DNA of 64,000 nt from a virus. Lineage: Duplodnaviria > Caudoviricetes. Location: positions 22,951 through 86,950 of IMG/VR virus record IMGVR_UViG_3300037484_000776; one strand, given 5' to 3'. A program made the position numbers and the translations under genes. This document shows positions 45,954 to 54,819 of the stretch, in pieces. A model generated the notes under the pieces. It did no database searches and was not told the origin of the DNA. It saw only the letters and a program-made list of their open reading frames with translations. Within the stretch, counting starts at the first letter, position 1. Every line of letters begins with the position of its first letter.

Positions 45954-46418
45954 TTACGCTCCGTAAACATGGTCGTCGTCCCCAACATAAAGATCGTACG
46001 TTCCGTACTTCTTTGACCTAGCTGACAGGTCTGCACTGTAGTCCTTACCGTTTATATCCCACTCACTATCCCAAAAGCCAGCCCCATGTCCGTTGCGGTT
46101 AAGCCAGAATTTATGGGCGACCTTCCCTAGCTCTGCCCTTGGCAGTTGTCCCAATGCTTGGGTAACCTCATCTTCAGGGTGAGAAAATAGAAAGCTATAG
46201 CAATCAAGCAGCATTTCTATTTGTGTTGCAGAAGCTATATCATCTGGATAGTAGTGCCTATCCAATGGGGTATACCCATCGTCTTCATCTTCGGCTGTAG
46301 AAGACCACAAAGCGGTCTTCACATAAGAATTATAAAAGACAATAAGATCTCTCTTATGCTCAATACTGATAGTCATCTTCTCAATCTCCGCGTTGATGGT
46401 CATTTTCTTATGCTTCAA
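45954..46418 (-). CDS. Phage hypothetical protein (FWLNRNGHGAGFWD motif)
   Basis: Distinctive motif FWLxRNGHGAGFWD. Confidence 0.65.
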   Translation of the reverse strand: MKHKKMTINAEIEKMTISIEHKRDLIVFYNSYVKTALWSSTAEDEDDGYTPLDRHYYPDDIASATQIEMLLDCYSFLFSHPEDEVTQALGQLPRAELGKVAHKFWLNRNGHGAGFWDSEWDINGKDYSADLSARSKKYGTYDLYVGDDDHVYGA

Positions 46419-47106
46419 ACTTACTCGGCTTAGGAAATTTATTTTGTATCCAGGTTTGGAAAGCCTTATCTAAAACTACCGTAGAGTCTGTAGATAAGAA
46501 CTTCTTGCCTTGTGGGTTTCCACTCCAATTCCCCCTCATTTTTACATCATAAGCATTGGTCCTTGGAGTGCAGAACCAGTTGCCATATAGAGTCCTTATA
46601 AGATACTGCCCTTCTTCTAAGGCAACCCTCTCCAAAACTTCCTTTAGGTTTTTAGTTTCCATCTCGAATGGAATATGGAGCCCGTAGTCAAGCGGATCTA
46701 GATACCCATCTTTCTCAAGCAAAGCAAGCGTAGCCACCTTTGCCCTGTAGTAAAGACCTCTCTTTTCATTAGTCCTTTTTATGCTACTCTTCAACGTATC
46801 ATAGTATAGAACTGGTATCTCATTCATTGACTCAAGGAGGAAGAAGTCATCGTTCATAAGGGTGAATTTATCTGGCAAGAGACCGGATTCTACCGCCACC
46901 TTTAGCTTGTGAGTAGTGTTCTTTATCTTTGTCTTTGGATTAAAGTCCTTAACAGAAATATGGGTCACATTTTTAACCCAGGCTGGCTTCTCTCCAACAA
47001 TAAACACCTTCTCCAAAGGTAGGTTGGCTTGGGCACTTCTGAGAGAAAATCTGAGCTCATTGTTCTGCCAAGTACTGCCTATCCCTAGTACATATAGAAG
47101 ATCCAA
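46408..47106 (-). CDS. Stealth-like hexose-1-phosphate transferase
   Basis: DLLY (CR1-like), ELRFSLRS...VFIVG..PAW and LMNDDFF (CR2-like), HIP (CR3-like). Confidence 0.7.
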   Translation of the reverse strand: MDLLYVLGIGSTWQNNELRFSLRSAQANLPLEKVFIVGEKPAWVKNVTHISVKDFNPKTKIKNTTHKLKVAVESGLLPDKFTLMNDDFFLLESMNEIPVLYYDTLKSSIKRTNEKRGLYYRAKVATLALLEKDGYLDPLDYGLHIPFEMETKNLKEVLERVALEEGQYLIRTLYGNWFCTPRTNAYDVKMRGNWSGNPQGKKFLSTDSTVVLDKAFQTWIQNKFPKPSKFEA

Positions 47107-47117
47107 AATTATCGCTC

Positions 47118-47330
47118 CTATTTTTCTATCTGATAATCTTTTATAATGCAGGCCACTATCCTAGCCACCCCTCCGGCCGTAGTTTCCCCAAGCTCAGTCA
47201 TCCAAGTACTGGGACGCCTGGTAGAAGGCGTCAAGCAGAGTGCTTCTATCAATGACTTGCCCATCCTTTCTGCTATGTCCGTATCCATGAATGACCTTTG
47301 AAGATTGCTCATCTCTTGTTTCTTAATCAT
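47118..47330 (-). CDS. Hypothetical protein
   Basis: Operon-packed ORF. Confidence 0.45.
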   Translation of the reverse strand: MIKKQEMSNLQRSFMDTDIAERMGKSLIEALCLTPSTRRPSTWMTELGETTAGGVARIVACIIKDYQIEK

Positions 47331-47596
47331 GTCTTAACCTTTAAAATATATTTGCCAATCCTGCACGGATCTTCTTCTTTTCCTATCTGGTCGTGGGCAA
47401 AGCACGGTGTATCCTTGTACCAATCTCGATCATGCACAGCACAGGAGTACTCACCAGGCTTATCTCCAACAAGGTGAGGACACCTGGTTCCGCATTCCTT
47501 GGCTACTACGTTGCCCTCAACAACACCTAAATCAGGATTTACCACTATTGCTACAAGGTAGTTTATGCAGCAGTGACCACAATGTAAGCACCGCAT
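47327..47596 (-). CDS. YkgJ-like Cys-cluster protein
   Basis: CLHCGHCC, RCPHL, CAVH and PC motifs. Confidence 0.65.
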   Translation of the reverse strand: MRCLHCGHCCINYLVAIVVNPDLGVVEGNVVAKECGTRCPHLVGDKPGEYSCAVHDRDWYKDTPCFAHDQIGKEEDPCRIGKYILKVKT

Positions 47597-47601
47597 AGGA
47601 G

Positions 47602-48972
47602 TTACCTCGTTAGGTCTACAAACACAACTCCGCCGTGCACGTTAAAGTCTGCCCCGTTAGCCAGATAGTTTAAGGCATTCCTGTTGGCTGCCCTACCAAT
47701 GACTAAGGAGGGAGAAGACCTGTGTTCGACAAGAGATGGGTAGGGATACCACGTGTCTATCTTCTTGCTCTCGTAGAACCTGCTTAATCGCAAGTCATAG
47801 TTTGGCAAGCTCAGCTTATCTCCAAAGGCAACAAGCTCTGGTATACCCTTTGTCGGTATAACTACAGCGGGACCCCAATTAAGGCCCGGCATCTGAATCC
47901 ATGAGGTATCTCCCTTAACAGCATTAAGGACCATCTTCTTGAATGCCCCAACGCGACCCGTATAGAGCGCCATAGGGCTTGTAGCGGGCACTACGTCGAG
48001 GGCCTTATCTAGGATAGCTATAAGGTTCTCACAAGGTAGGGTGTCGTCCTGTATGACCAGATGATGGCTACACCTGGGGTTATAGGCAAGCAGGGATCTG
48101 CGACCCGTCTCCCACCGATCGTTAAAACGGTCCAGCACTACCTCTGCCGGACTGTTGAGCATCTTCAGCAGGTCCGGGATCATACCAGCCCTTGCCGGGT
48201 GAGCCATGATAGCGGCGGAAATTCTACCTTCGAAAAGTTTGGGAGCTGTAGCGGTCCTTACTGTACCGGTCATTGCTGTAGCAGCTTTTACTGGGGCCAC
48301 TCTCTTTGGCCTGTTAACTGGCTCATACCCAATCACAGGAGTCTTAGCAAATATACCAAAAGGCTTGTAGTCCAAAGCCTTCATGTAGTCGTCCAACTCC
48401 TGCTTTGCTTCAGGAGTCTGCGCTTCAGCATAGATATAAGGAGAGCATCTCTTTATAAGTTGCTCAGCCCCCCTCAATACCCCAATCTCTCCCCCTTCCA
48501 CATCAATCTTTATAAGAGTAACATCCTCAGAAGGAAGAACAATATCGTCCAGCCTTACCATCTTGACCGGCCCGTGATCATCCTTAATACACCTGACCAT
48601 CCCTGAGTTGTTAGTAGGGCCGGACGTTACCATCACCTTTGTTGTTTCATCCCCAACTGCCGCCCTATGCACCATTACCTTTTGCTCTAACTTATTAAGA
48701 GCAATATTTTCCTCTAGCACGTCAGCGATTGGTCGGTTAGGCTCAAAGGATATGGTCTTTAGTCGGCAGATCTTAGCAAAGAACAGAGTGTGGGTGCCTA
48801 TGTTAGCACCCACATCTATAGCAGTGCCAGTCCTTACCCTTTTAAAAATATCCTGCAATAGGTCCAACTCGTACCATTGCTTAGACCTGTATATAACACG
48901 TTGTATGTGGTCTTCCACGTTGGGCAGATTTATAAGGGCCTGCCTCCCATAAGCCATCAAGCGAACTTGCAC
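47602..48972 (-). CDS. FkbM-family methyltransferase fused to GT-A-like glycosyltransferase
   Basis: IDVGANIGTH, FEPN, LIKIDVEGGE; C-domain AIMAHPAR...HLVIQDD (acidic motif)...PSLVEHR. Confidence 0.78.
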   Translation of the reverse strand: MQVRLMAYGRQALINLPNVEDHIQRVIYRSKQWYELDLLQDIFKRVRTGTAIDVGANIGTHTLFFAKICRLKTISFEPNRPIADVLEENIALNKLEQKVMVHRAAVGDETTKVMVTSGPTNNSGMVRCIKDDHGPVKMVRLDDIVLPSEDVTLIKIDVEGGEIGVLRGAEQLIKRCSPYIYAEAQTPEAKQELDDYMKALDYKPFGIFAKTPVIGYEPVNRPKRVAPVKAATAMTGTVRTATAPKLFEGRISAAIMAHPARAGMIPDLLKMLNSPAEVVLDRFNDRWETGRRSLLAYNPRCSHHLVIQDDTLPCENLIAILDKALDVVPATSPMALYTGRVGAFKKMVLNAVKGDTSWIQMPGLNWGPAVVIPTKGIPELVAFGDKLSLPNYDLRLSRFYESKKIDTWYPYPSLVEHRSSPSLVIGRAANRNALNYLANGADFNVHGGVVFVDLTR

Positions 48973-48983
48973 TGTTATTGCCT

Positions 48984-49286
48984 CTAATAAGTTAACAGCC
49001 TATCTTTAAATCTACTATACGGGTTAAATACGCAACCTCCCTCATCAAGGGTAAAAAATCCCCCGACATATTTACCCTTGTACTTGGTAGCTGCTGGTAC
49101 ACTAAAATAAGTGTCGGCATGTCCCGTGGCGTAGCACGTCAATCTTACCTCTGTTCCAGCTACTGGGCAATTTACAACCTTGGCAAAAGGCCCTATGCAG
49201 TCCGCCCACCCACCTGGACCGTACCCAACAGCCCCGTTATTAAAATTCGTTGGCTTAGAACTAGCTCTGAATCTCTGAATGCCCAT
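48984..49286 (-). CDS. Phage hypothetical protein
   Basis: SD gaggggag; ATGHADTYFSVPA motif. Confidence 0.6.
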   Translation of the reverse strand: MGIQRFRASSKPTNFNNGAVGYGPGGWADCIGPFAKVVNCPVAGTEVRLTCYATGHADTYFSVPAATKYKGKYVGGFFTLDEGGCVFNPYSRFKDRLLTY

Positions 49287-49363
49287 TTTTATCTCCCCTC
49301 TTTTATGTTACACCGGATCACGCTGGGAAGCCCTCTCCTCCATAAGAGGGCAGCCCAATACAA

Positions 49364-49456
49364 TCAGCTGTCAAAGTAAATTCTTACCATCGCTGTCAAA
49401 ATTGAGGCCAGTATGAAGGCCTCAATAATTAGGTATATGTTAATTATTTCGCTCAT
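49364..49456 (-). CDS. 30-aa single-TM peptide
   Basis: Hand-translated MSEIINIYLIIEAFILASILTAMVRIYFDS; SD ggagga. Confidence 0.5.
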   Translation of the reverse strand: MSEIINIYLIIEAFILASILTAMVRIYFDS

Positions 49457-49518
49457 TTTATTTCCTCCGTTGTAAGTACAGGAGGCCCCTCTTCTCTAAG
49501 AGAGCCCCCTCTTATCTA

Positions 49519-49713
49519 CTAACACTCAACCCAAGAGAGTCCTTTTGGGCCCATCTCCAACGCAAAATCAGGATAGAAATCTGTAGGCTTGTCTAGCTTT
49601 CCCTTCCACATGAGAGCGTCAGGACCTCCTCCTATTGCTTCTATAGTGTCCAGAGCTTGCTTCTTACCTTTTAGGTAATAGATAAAGCCTCCGACCTGTA
49701 ATGTGAATATCAT
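49519..49713 (-). CDS. Hypothetical protein (paralog of 49742..49999)
   Basis: Shared A.MWKG...PDF.L...G.SW motif. Confidence 0.55.
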   Translation of the reverse strand: MIFTLQVGGFIYYLKGKKQALDTIEAIGGGPDALMWKGKLDKPTDFYPDFALEMGPKGLSWVEC

Positions 49714-49741
49714 GTTTTCTCTCCTATATTAGATTATGTTG

Positions 49742-49999
49742 TTAATTCTTGGACCAGGAATAGCCGCCCCGCTTACTAATCTTCAATGTGAAATCAGGGG
49801 TTAGTTCGTTGTCCAAATTACGCTTAATCCCCTTCCACATCTCAGCAGTCGGTGGCTCACCTCCCGCTCCATAATGCTGAGCTATGTATTGCTTATCCTT
49901 GACTATCTTGATAGCTTCATCCTTGCTATCAACTCGGCACACGTCAGTAGCCCCCACTATTGTGTACCCCTTTATCTTCATTCTTAGTGTGTAAGACAT
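49742..49999 (-). CDS. Hypothetical protein (paralog of 49519..49713)
   Basis: AEMWKG...PDFTL...GGYSW. Confidence 0.55.
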   Translation of the reverse strand: MSYTLRMKIKGYTIVGATDVCRVDSKDEAIKIVKDKQYIAQHYGAGGEPPTAEMWKGIKRNLDNELTPDFTLKISKRGGYSWSKN

Positions 50000-50000
50000 C

Positions 50001-50252
50001 TCAAACCTCAGTTAGGTTTAACTCCATGTTTATAATCGCAGCTCTTATCCGGTCCCGAGTATATTCAGCACCGTCAAGAGTCCTCTCTAATCCTGCATCC
50101 TTAAGAGCTTTAAACATACTCTCTACAGCCGTTTCCAAACTCTCGCTGTATTTCAAGCAGCTCAGAGCAAGCCTGTACAGAGGCTCGTCGTTGTTAATCC
50201 AAAGAGACACATTCCAGTGATCCCAGCTTCTATGGCCGTTATAACTTGTCAT
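50001..50252 (-). CDS. Phage hypothetical protein (YNG..WDHWNVSLWINND)
   Basis: Likely start ATG 50252; the YNGxxxW.xWNVxLWIxND motif is common in small phage proteins. Confidence 0.55.
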   Translation of the reverse strand: MTSYNGHRSWDHWNVSLWINNDEPLYRLALSCLKYSESLETAVESMFKALKDAGLERTLDGAEYTRDRIRAAIINMELNLTEV

Positions 50253-50352
50253 TTTATATTGACTCTTTTCAGCACCTGTAAATTTCCACCCTAAATTTTG
50301 TTTCCAAAATTTAGGGGGGCTCGATTTTCTAAACTCATATGTCGTATGTTTA

Positions 50353-50919
50353 TCAACTCTCCTCCTCATAATCATACCGCCATTCCTTTGGCACATCGTA
50401 GCAAAGGATTCCATTCTCGTTTGGGGAAACCAGGTTACCAGCTCCCGGAATACAGGGGGAGCACTGAGAGTAAAGCCCAGTGTGTGGTGACTTAAGCACC
50501 CAGATATTAAGAGCGCCACCAAGCTCTGCAAGCATCATGCTAACCCCATCAATCTCACCATATCGGGCGTTAACTCCAAACTCAGGGCCTTCATCTTCAA
50601 AGGAATCGTACTTGCCTGTGGAATATAGAAGATTACATGCTTCATCAATATCTTCTTCAATGTCAGATATAATCTCCCCCTTCCAATCATCAAGGGAATA
50701 GCCGTCTTCCGGTGTATAGTCCCAAGAGGCCAACTGCTCTTCATCGGCCTCTTCCACCATCTCTATTGCCTTCGCCTTTCTTTCCTCTTCCAACTCTTGG
50801 TAGTACTCATCATCACCAGGGCATTCCCATTCATAAATCTCGTCATTAAACCAATCCTGAAGGCTATTCAGGCTTATAACCCCATAAGGGGTTCCGGTCT
50901 CTACATTATAATTAGGCAT
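50353..50919 (-). CDS. Highly acidic hypothetical protein
   Basis: TGTPYGVIS, long E/D-rich helix and CSPCIPGAGNL. Confidence 0.6.
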   Translation of the reverse strand: MPNYNVETGTPYGVISLNSLQDWFNDEIYEWECPGDDEYYQELEEERKAKAIEMVEEADEEQLASWDYTPEDGYSLDDWKGEIISDIEEDIDEACNLLYSTGKYDSFEDEGPEFGVNARYGEIDGVSMMLAELGGALNIWVLKSPHTGLYSQCSPCIPGAGNLVSPNENGILCYDVPKEWRYDYEEES

Positions 50920-51121
50920 GTTGTTCTCTTTTGTTGCAAGCATTAATGAATTTAACTTTATCGAATCTGTAATTATCTGTCACTAGTGCATCCATCAGAT
51001 AATTTACATCGGCATCCCATTGCTGGAATGCCTTTAGGTTTTCGTCAGGGGCAAGAGACAGGGCCCTACTCAGCCTTTTGTTCATTGCCGCCGCTAAAAG
51101 AATATAGTCTTTTCTAGTCAT
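50912..51121 (-). CDS. Phage hypothetical protein (MTRKDY...DNYRFD..KFI.AC)
   Basis: Recognisable small phage family pattern; SD aagga. Confidence 0.6.
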   Translation of the reverse strand: MTRKDYILLAAAMNKRLSRALSLAPDENLKAFQQWDADVNYLMDALVTDNYRFDKVKFINACNKREQHA

Positions 51122-51123
51122 AG

Positions 51124-51318
51124 TTAATCCTTCGTTGTTGCCAAGATCGCCAAATCCCATAGCCAATGGTTCTCATCATTAAGCCACTCATCTCTCCCTA
51201 ATTCCCAAGCAAGAATCTCTGCTAACTCCGTAGCACTTATCTCTGGATTCTCTATAAGGATCAGGGTTGTCAATTTAAGCGCCCTTCGATGGTAGTGCAG
51301 ACAAGTCAAGGTATCCAT
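51124..51318 (-). CDS. WLxDxxHWxW paralog
   Basis: GRDEWLNDENHWLWDLA. Confidence 0.6.
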   Translation of the reverse strand: MDTLTCLHYHRRALKLTTLILIENPEISATELAEILAWELGRDEWLNDENHWLWDLAILATTKD

Positions 51319-51330
51319 TTTTAAATCCCC

Positions 51331-51513
51331 TTAGTTAACTGTCTTTGCTAGCTTCCAAACCCAATGCCGTCTGTTAGTCAACCACTCTTCGCGGTTAAAT
51401 TCTTGGATTACACACCATACAAGCTCTTCCTCACTAGCATCAGGATTGTCTTCAAGGCGATCCTGCATAACCTCCAGGACATCTTCTCTCGTCACCGGAT
51501 CAAAGGTTCTCAT
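51331..51513 (-). CDS. WLxDxxHWxW paralog
   Basis: NREEWLTNRRHWVWKLA. Confidence 0.6.
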   Translation of the reverse strand: MRTFDPVTREDVLEVMQDRLEDNPDASEEELVWCVIQEFNREEWLTNRRHWVWKLAKTVN

Positions 51514-51770
51514 TTCTTTATCTCTACTTGCGTCAGAATTTCTAGATCAGAGTCGTAGGCCCCGACGCCATAAGCCCCAACACCATAAGCGTCGCCCTCC
51601 CACTCCGTATAAGCAACGGGTCTTATCCACCACTTAATTTCACTCCCTTCAGGGAGATTATCCGCCGACACAGCGAACACATGCTCCCCCTTTGTAGCAA
51701 TCCTTTTTGCGCTCCAATGTGGGGATGTCAATATATCCTCTTTGATTCTCGCAATTGCCAATGTAGCCAT
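51510..51770 (-). CDS. Hypothetical protein with short GAYGV repeat
   Basis: SD gagga; DAYGVGAYGVGAYD. Confidence 0.55.
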   Translation of the reverse strand: MATLAIARIKEDILTSPHWSAKRIATKGEHVFAVSADNLPEGSEIKWWIRPVAYTEWEGDAYGVGAYGVGAYDSDLEILTQVEIKK

Positions 51771-51771
51771 C

Positions 51772-51975
51772 TTATTCCTCTCTTATGATTGCGAACCTGG
51801 AAACACCGACCTTTTTCAAAACAAACCGATGGCCGGGGTAGTTACAATCAACCCGCTCTATCCCTCTAACCTCACCTATTTCCATACCGTCTACGAGATC
51901 TCTCCTAAGCTCGTTTCCAGTATGGCGAGCTATCAAATAGTTCTTAACGGTGTCTACAAGCTTATACGTTTTCAT
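51772..51975 (-). CDS. Hypothetical protein
   Basis: SD gagg; operon-packed. Confidence 0.5.
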   Translation of the reverse strand: MKTYKLVDTVKNYLIARHTGNELRRDLVDGMEIGEVRGIERVDCNYPGHRFVLKKVGVSRFAIIREE

Positions 51976-51980
51976 CTTAT

Positions 51981-52553
51981 TTACCTCTTGAAGATCCCCA
52001 GATTTCTACTCTGGACAAACTGTGTAAAATCCCGGTGCCGGATTATCTCATCAACAACCACACGAACACCGGGATTCCTCTTTGTATCAAGATCATCAAA
52101 CACCACTACTGCCTTGCTGGCAAGGCGTGGCTTCCAGGCTTCATAGTCAGCCCGTACAGACTCTTCGGAGTGGTCCCCATCTACGAACAGCAGCCCTACT
52201 TCAGGACCCTCCCAAGAGGCTGCTACGTTGACTGCGAATTCCTTTATCACGTTGATCCTGTCCTTATAGCCCAGCACCAGCCAGTTGTTGAAGAAAGCGT
52301 TAAAGGTGTCCAACTCGGTATACCCATGCTTTCCATTGATGTTCCCTATCATATCCCACGGGTCGATAGCCCACACCTTAGCGCCCTTCTCCCCTGCCCC
52401 ATGAGCCAGGTAGAAAGTGCTCTTGCCCTTGAAAACTCCAATGTTTACAATGGCCTGCAAAGGATTAACGTCTGACGCTAAATTTGTCAGGGTCAGCCCG
52501 GTCTCTTCAGAGATCAGACCTGGTAAATTCTTTATTATCTCTATCTTATCCAT
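51981..52553 (-). CDS. Class I SAM methyltransferase (Methyltransf_24-like)
   Basis: VNIGVFKGKST, AIDPW, LLFVDGDH, YEAW and VVFDD motifs. Confidence 0.82.
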   Translation of the reverse strand: MDKIEIIKNLPGLISEETGLTLTNLASDVNPLQAIVNIGVFKGKSTFYLAHGAGEKGAKVWAIDPWDMIGNINGKHGYTELDTFNAFFNNWLVLGYKDRINVIKEFAVNVAASWEGPEVGLLFVDGDHSEESVRADYEAWKPRLASKAVVVFDDLDTKRNPGVRVVVDEIIRHRDFTQFVQSRNLGIFKR

Positions 52554-53187
52554 TGCTTTTTCCTCTTGTCATTTCTCGTCTATGAGCCCAATGATGGATG
52601 GCGTAGCTATCAGGGAACTCCTCACCTTCTCTATGTAGCTCGTTCCACAGATAGGGCAAGAAATATTCCTTTGGATAGCAGTGGATGCCATGCTTAATGG
52701 CAAGGGGAGTAAAAAACTGGGGACCTGTCTTTAAGGTGTTGCCATCCTTTGGCAAGCGCCTTTTTATATTCTCTGGGATTCCTTTGATTAGGTCCATCAT
52801 CAGAGGGTGCCCAGCGGCACAACCCAAGGGGGAGTTATTCAGCCAAACTCCAGGCACTTCCCAGACTCCCCACAACTCTTGCCCCTCACACAGACTATCT
52901 ATCGGTTTCTGAGGCTCATAGTCATAGTCCATCCACACCCCTCCATACCTTAGCAGCAACTCGTAACGTAACAAATCACTACGCAGTTGCCAAGGGGCTT
53001 GTGGGGTAATTTCCTCAGCCTTTTCAAAGAGTTCCCAGTTATAGAGATGCTTGGGAAGATCCCTGTCAGTCCAGATAGCAATCTCCCAACTGGGGAGCAA
53101 CGCTCTCCACCCCTCTCTATAACCCTCAAATTCCTGGGGCAGTTCAGAACCGCCCCAGTAAAAGTGCATGATCTTTGGAATGCCCAT
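52546..53187 (-). CDS. DXD-motif glycosyltransferase (GT32/OCH1-like)
   Basis: IPKIMHFYW, SDLLRYELLLRYGGVWMDYD and TGP motifs. Confidence 0.88.
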   Translation of the reverse strand: MGIPKIMHFYWGGSELPQEFEGYREGWRALLPSWEIAIWTDRDLPKHLYNWELFEKAEEITPQAPWQLRSDLLRYELLLRYGGVWMDYDYEPQKPIDSLCEGQELWGVWEVPGVWLNNSPLGCAAGHPLMMDLIKGIPENIKRRLPKDGNTLKTGPQFFTPLAIKHGIHCYPKEYFLPYLWNELHREGEEFPDSYAIHHWAHRREMTRGKSNG

Positions 53188-53197
53188 ACCCCCTCCT

Positions 53198-53566
53198 TTA
53201 AATCAAGGATTTTAGAAAAAGTAGCTCATTCTCCACTGCCTTAACCAGGGCTTCCTTACTCCCACCTCCCCTCTCACACAATTCCTTTGCCTCCTTAACC
53301 GCCCCCCAGGGCGTTCCGTGACAGTTGGCCTTGTGTACCTTGTCCTTAACAGGACATCCGCTACACGGTCGCCCTATAGGCGCGCTAGCCGCATAAACCT
53401 GGCATAGAGAGCAATGAACACCAGTAATATGGAAATCCTTTCCCTGAATAGCTGCCACATAATTGGCAACCCAGTGCTCGATACATTCCATAATCAACTT
53501 ATCATCCAAAGCCCTCTTCTCATTCAAGGAGAGCTTGTGCACATTAAGTTCGTCTGGTTTATTCAT
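53198..53566 (-). CDS. Cys-rich hypothetical protein
   Basis: CSLC...CSGCP...C motif. Confidence 0.6.
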   Translation of the reverse strand: MNKPDELNVHKLSLNEKRALDDKLIMECIEHWVANYVAAIQGKDFHITGVHCSLCQVYAASAPIGRPCSGCPVKDKVHKANCHGTPWGAVKEAKELCERGGGSKEALVKAVENELLFLKSLI

Positions 53567-53719
53567 TTAACTCACCCTAAGTTCACAAAAAGATCTGTTA
53601 ACCCTCTGGCCAGCAAAGAGCCTGTCCTTTATTCTCTTTATATTAGAGGACTCTTTACGGGAATTGTTAGCCCTCTGACGGGCTACTCTCAATTGCCTCT
53701 CCAATTCAAACTGCCGCAT
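53567..53719 (-). CDS. 50-aa basic peptide
   Basis: Hand-translated MRQFELERQLRVARQRANN...; exactly fills the intergenic gap. Confidence 0.4.
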   Translation of the reverse strand: MRQFELERQLRVARQRANNSRKESSNIKRIKDRLFAGQRVNRSFCELRVS

Positions 53720-53720
53720 C

Positions 53721-54020
53721 TTATTCATCTGGATCTACCTCTACTGTTTCAGCCTCTATGTCGATTAGAATCTCCAGCTCTTCTTCGTATACCCCAATCC
53801 CAGACTCAGCCTCAGAATCACGCTCCCACTCAACTTTACCTGAGCAAAAATGTGGATATACAAACCACTTAATGCTGGAAATGCTTAGGTCTTTATATTT
53901 CGGATTTAAAGTGGCGATAACAACCTCACCTTCTTTAATTGATCGGCCACCCGCCCAGGGCGGTGATGTCATCACCTCCGTCTTCATCTTACCAATGCAA
54001 ACAAACGTTTCAATCTTCAT
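53721..54020 (-). CDS. Hypothetical protein
   Basis: Operon-packed ORF. Confidence 0.5.
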   Translation of the reverse strand: MKIETFVCIGKMKTEVMTSPPWAGGRSIKEGEVVIATLNPKYKDLSISSIKWFVYPHFCSGKVEWERDSEAESGIGVYEEELEILIDIEAETVEVDPDE

Positions 54021-54031
54021 CTAAGTACTCT

Positions 54032-54430
54032 TTAGTTATCCCAACTTTCCCAATCAGTCCAACTTTCGTAGTCAGAGTAGCAGCCTATCTCAGCTACTTC
54101 TACTGCTGTCTCGTATGAGTTATAAAGCCCTGAGCTGATGCCTCCAATGGCGTTCTCAACAAAGACCGCAAACACTGGCATTAGGTCGTTCCAGCGACTC
54201 TCTCTAGGATCATACCATTCCAGCGCCCCTAGCATGTATGCCTCTCTCCTACCCACCGTCAGGACGGCAACAAACTCATCTGTCCCGTCCTCCATGCTCG
54301 ATATAATCTCTCCACACCCTTCGCTGACCAAATCGCTCAAATACAGGGCGAATGGGTCTCCTTCTCCCTTACCCGGCCTAGCCGCCTGCTCTATATATTC
54401 TCTTGCCTGCCGACTCGTTAGCCTACTCAT
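54032..54430 (-). CDS. Acidic hypothetical protein
   Basis: Start overlaps the upstream stop. Confidence 0.55.
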   Translation of the reverse strand: MSRLTSRQAREYIEQAARPGKGEGDPFALYLSDLVSEGCGEIISSMEDGTDEFVAVLTVGRREAYMLGALEWYDPRESRWNDLMPVFAVFVENAIGGISSGLYNSYETAVEVAEIGCYSDYESWTDWESWDN

Positions 54431-54812
54431 TACTTTCGCCTCTACTATTCTCGCCTGTTAATTTAGCTTTTAATTCCTTTATTTTCCTTGTCAGACCTTC
54501 TCCGTCGTCTGACTGAATATATCCGCAAGTCTCCTCACCTAAAACCTCGCCGTTCTTCCCTAGTAGTTGTACACAAAGAGTTATGTACCACCATTGCCCT
54601 ACAAAGTAAGGGCCGCGGTCGAACCCCTTCTTAACTTCTGGGGTTATTATTATTCTGAAAGTCAACTCATTGGTTAAGTCTCTGATTATCCTAAATCCCA
54701 GGTCACTACACCTGGTATAAGGATAGCCTGCAACAGTAAAAGTATTTTGTGCAAATCTCTTACTGTAATTCCAAGCCCCACCCGAATGCTTACGGTAAGT
54801 TTTTTGCTGCAT
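54423..54812 (-). CDS. Protein starting with an FGE/CLec terminal cassette (GGAW-x23-LGFR) fused to an unrelated domain
   Basis: ATG 54812: MQQKTYRKHSGGAWNYSKRFAQNTFTVAGYPYTRCSDLGFRII... Confidence 0.6.
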   Translation of the reverse strand: MQQKTYRKHSGGAWNYSKRFAQNTFTVAGYPYTRCSDLGFRIIRDLTNELTFRIIITPEVKKGFDRGPYFVGQWWYITLCVQLLGKNGEVLGEETCGYIQSDDGEGLTRKIKELKAKLTGENSRGESNE

Positions 54813-54819
54813 ACTGGTG

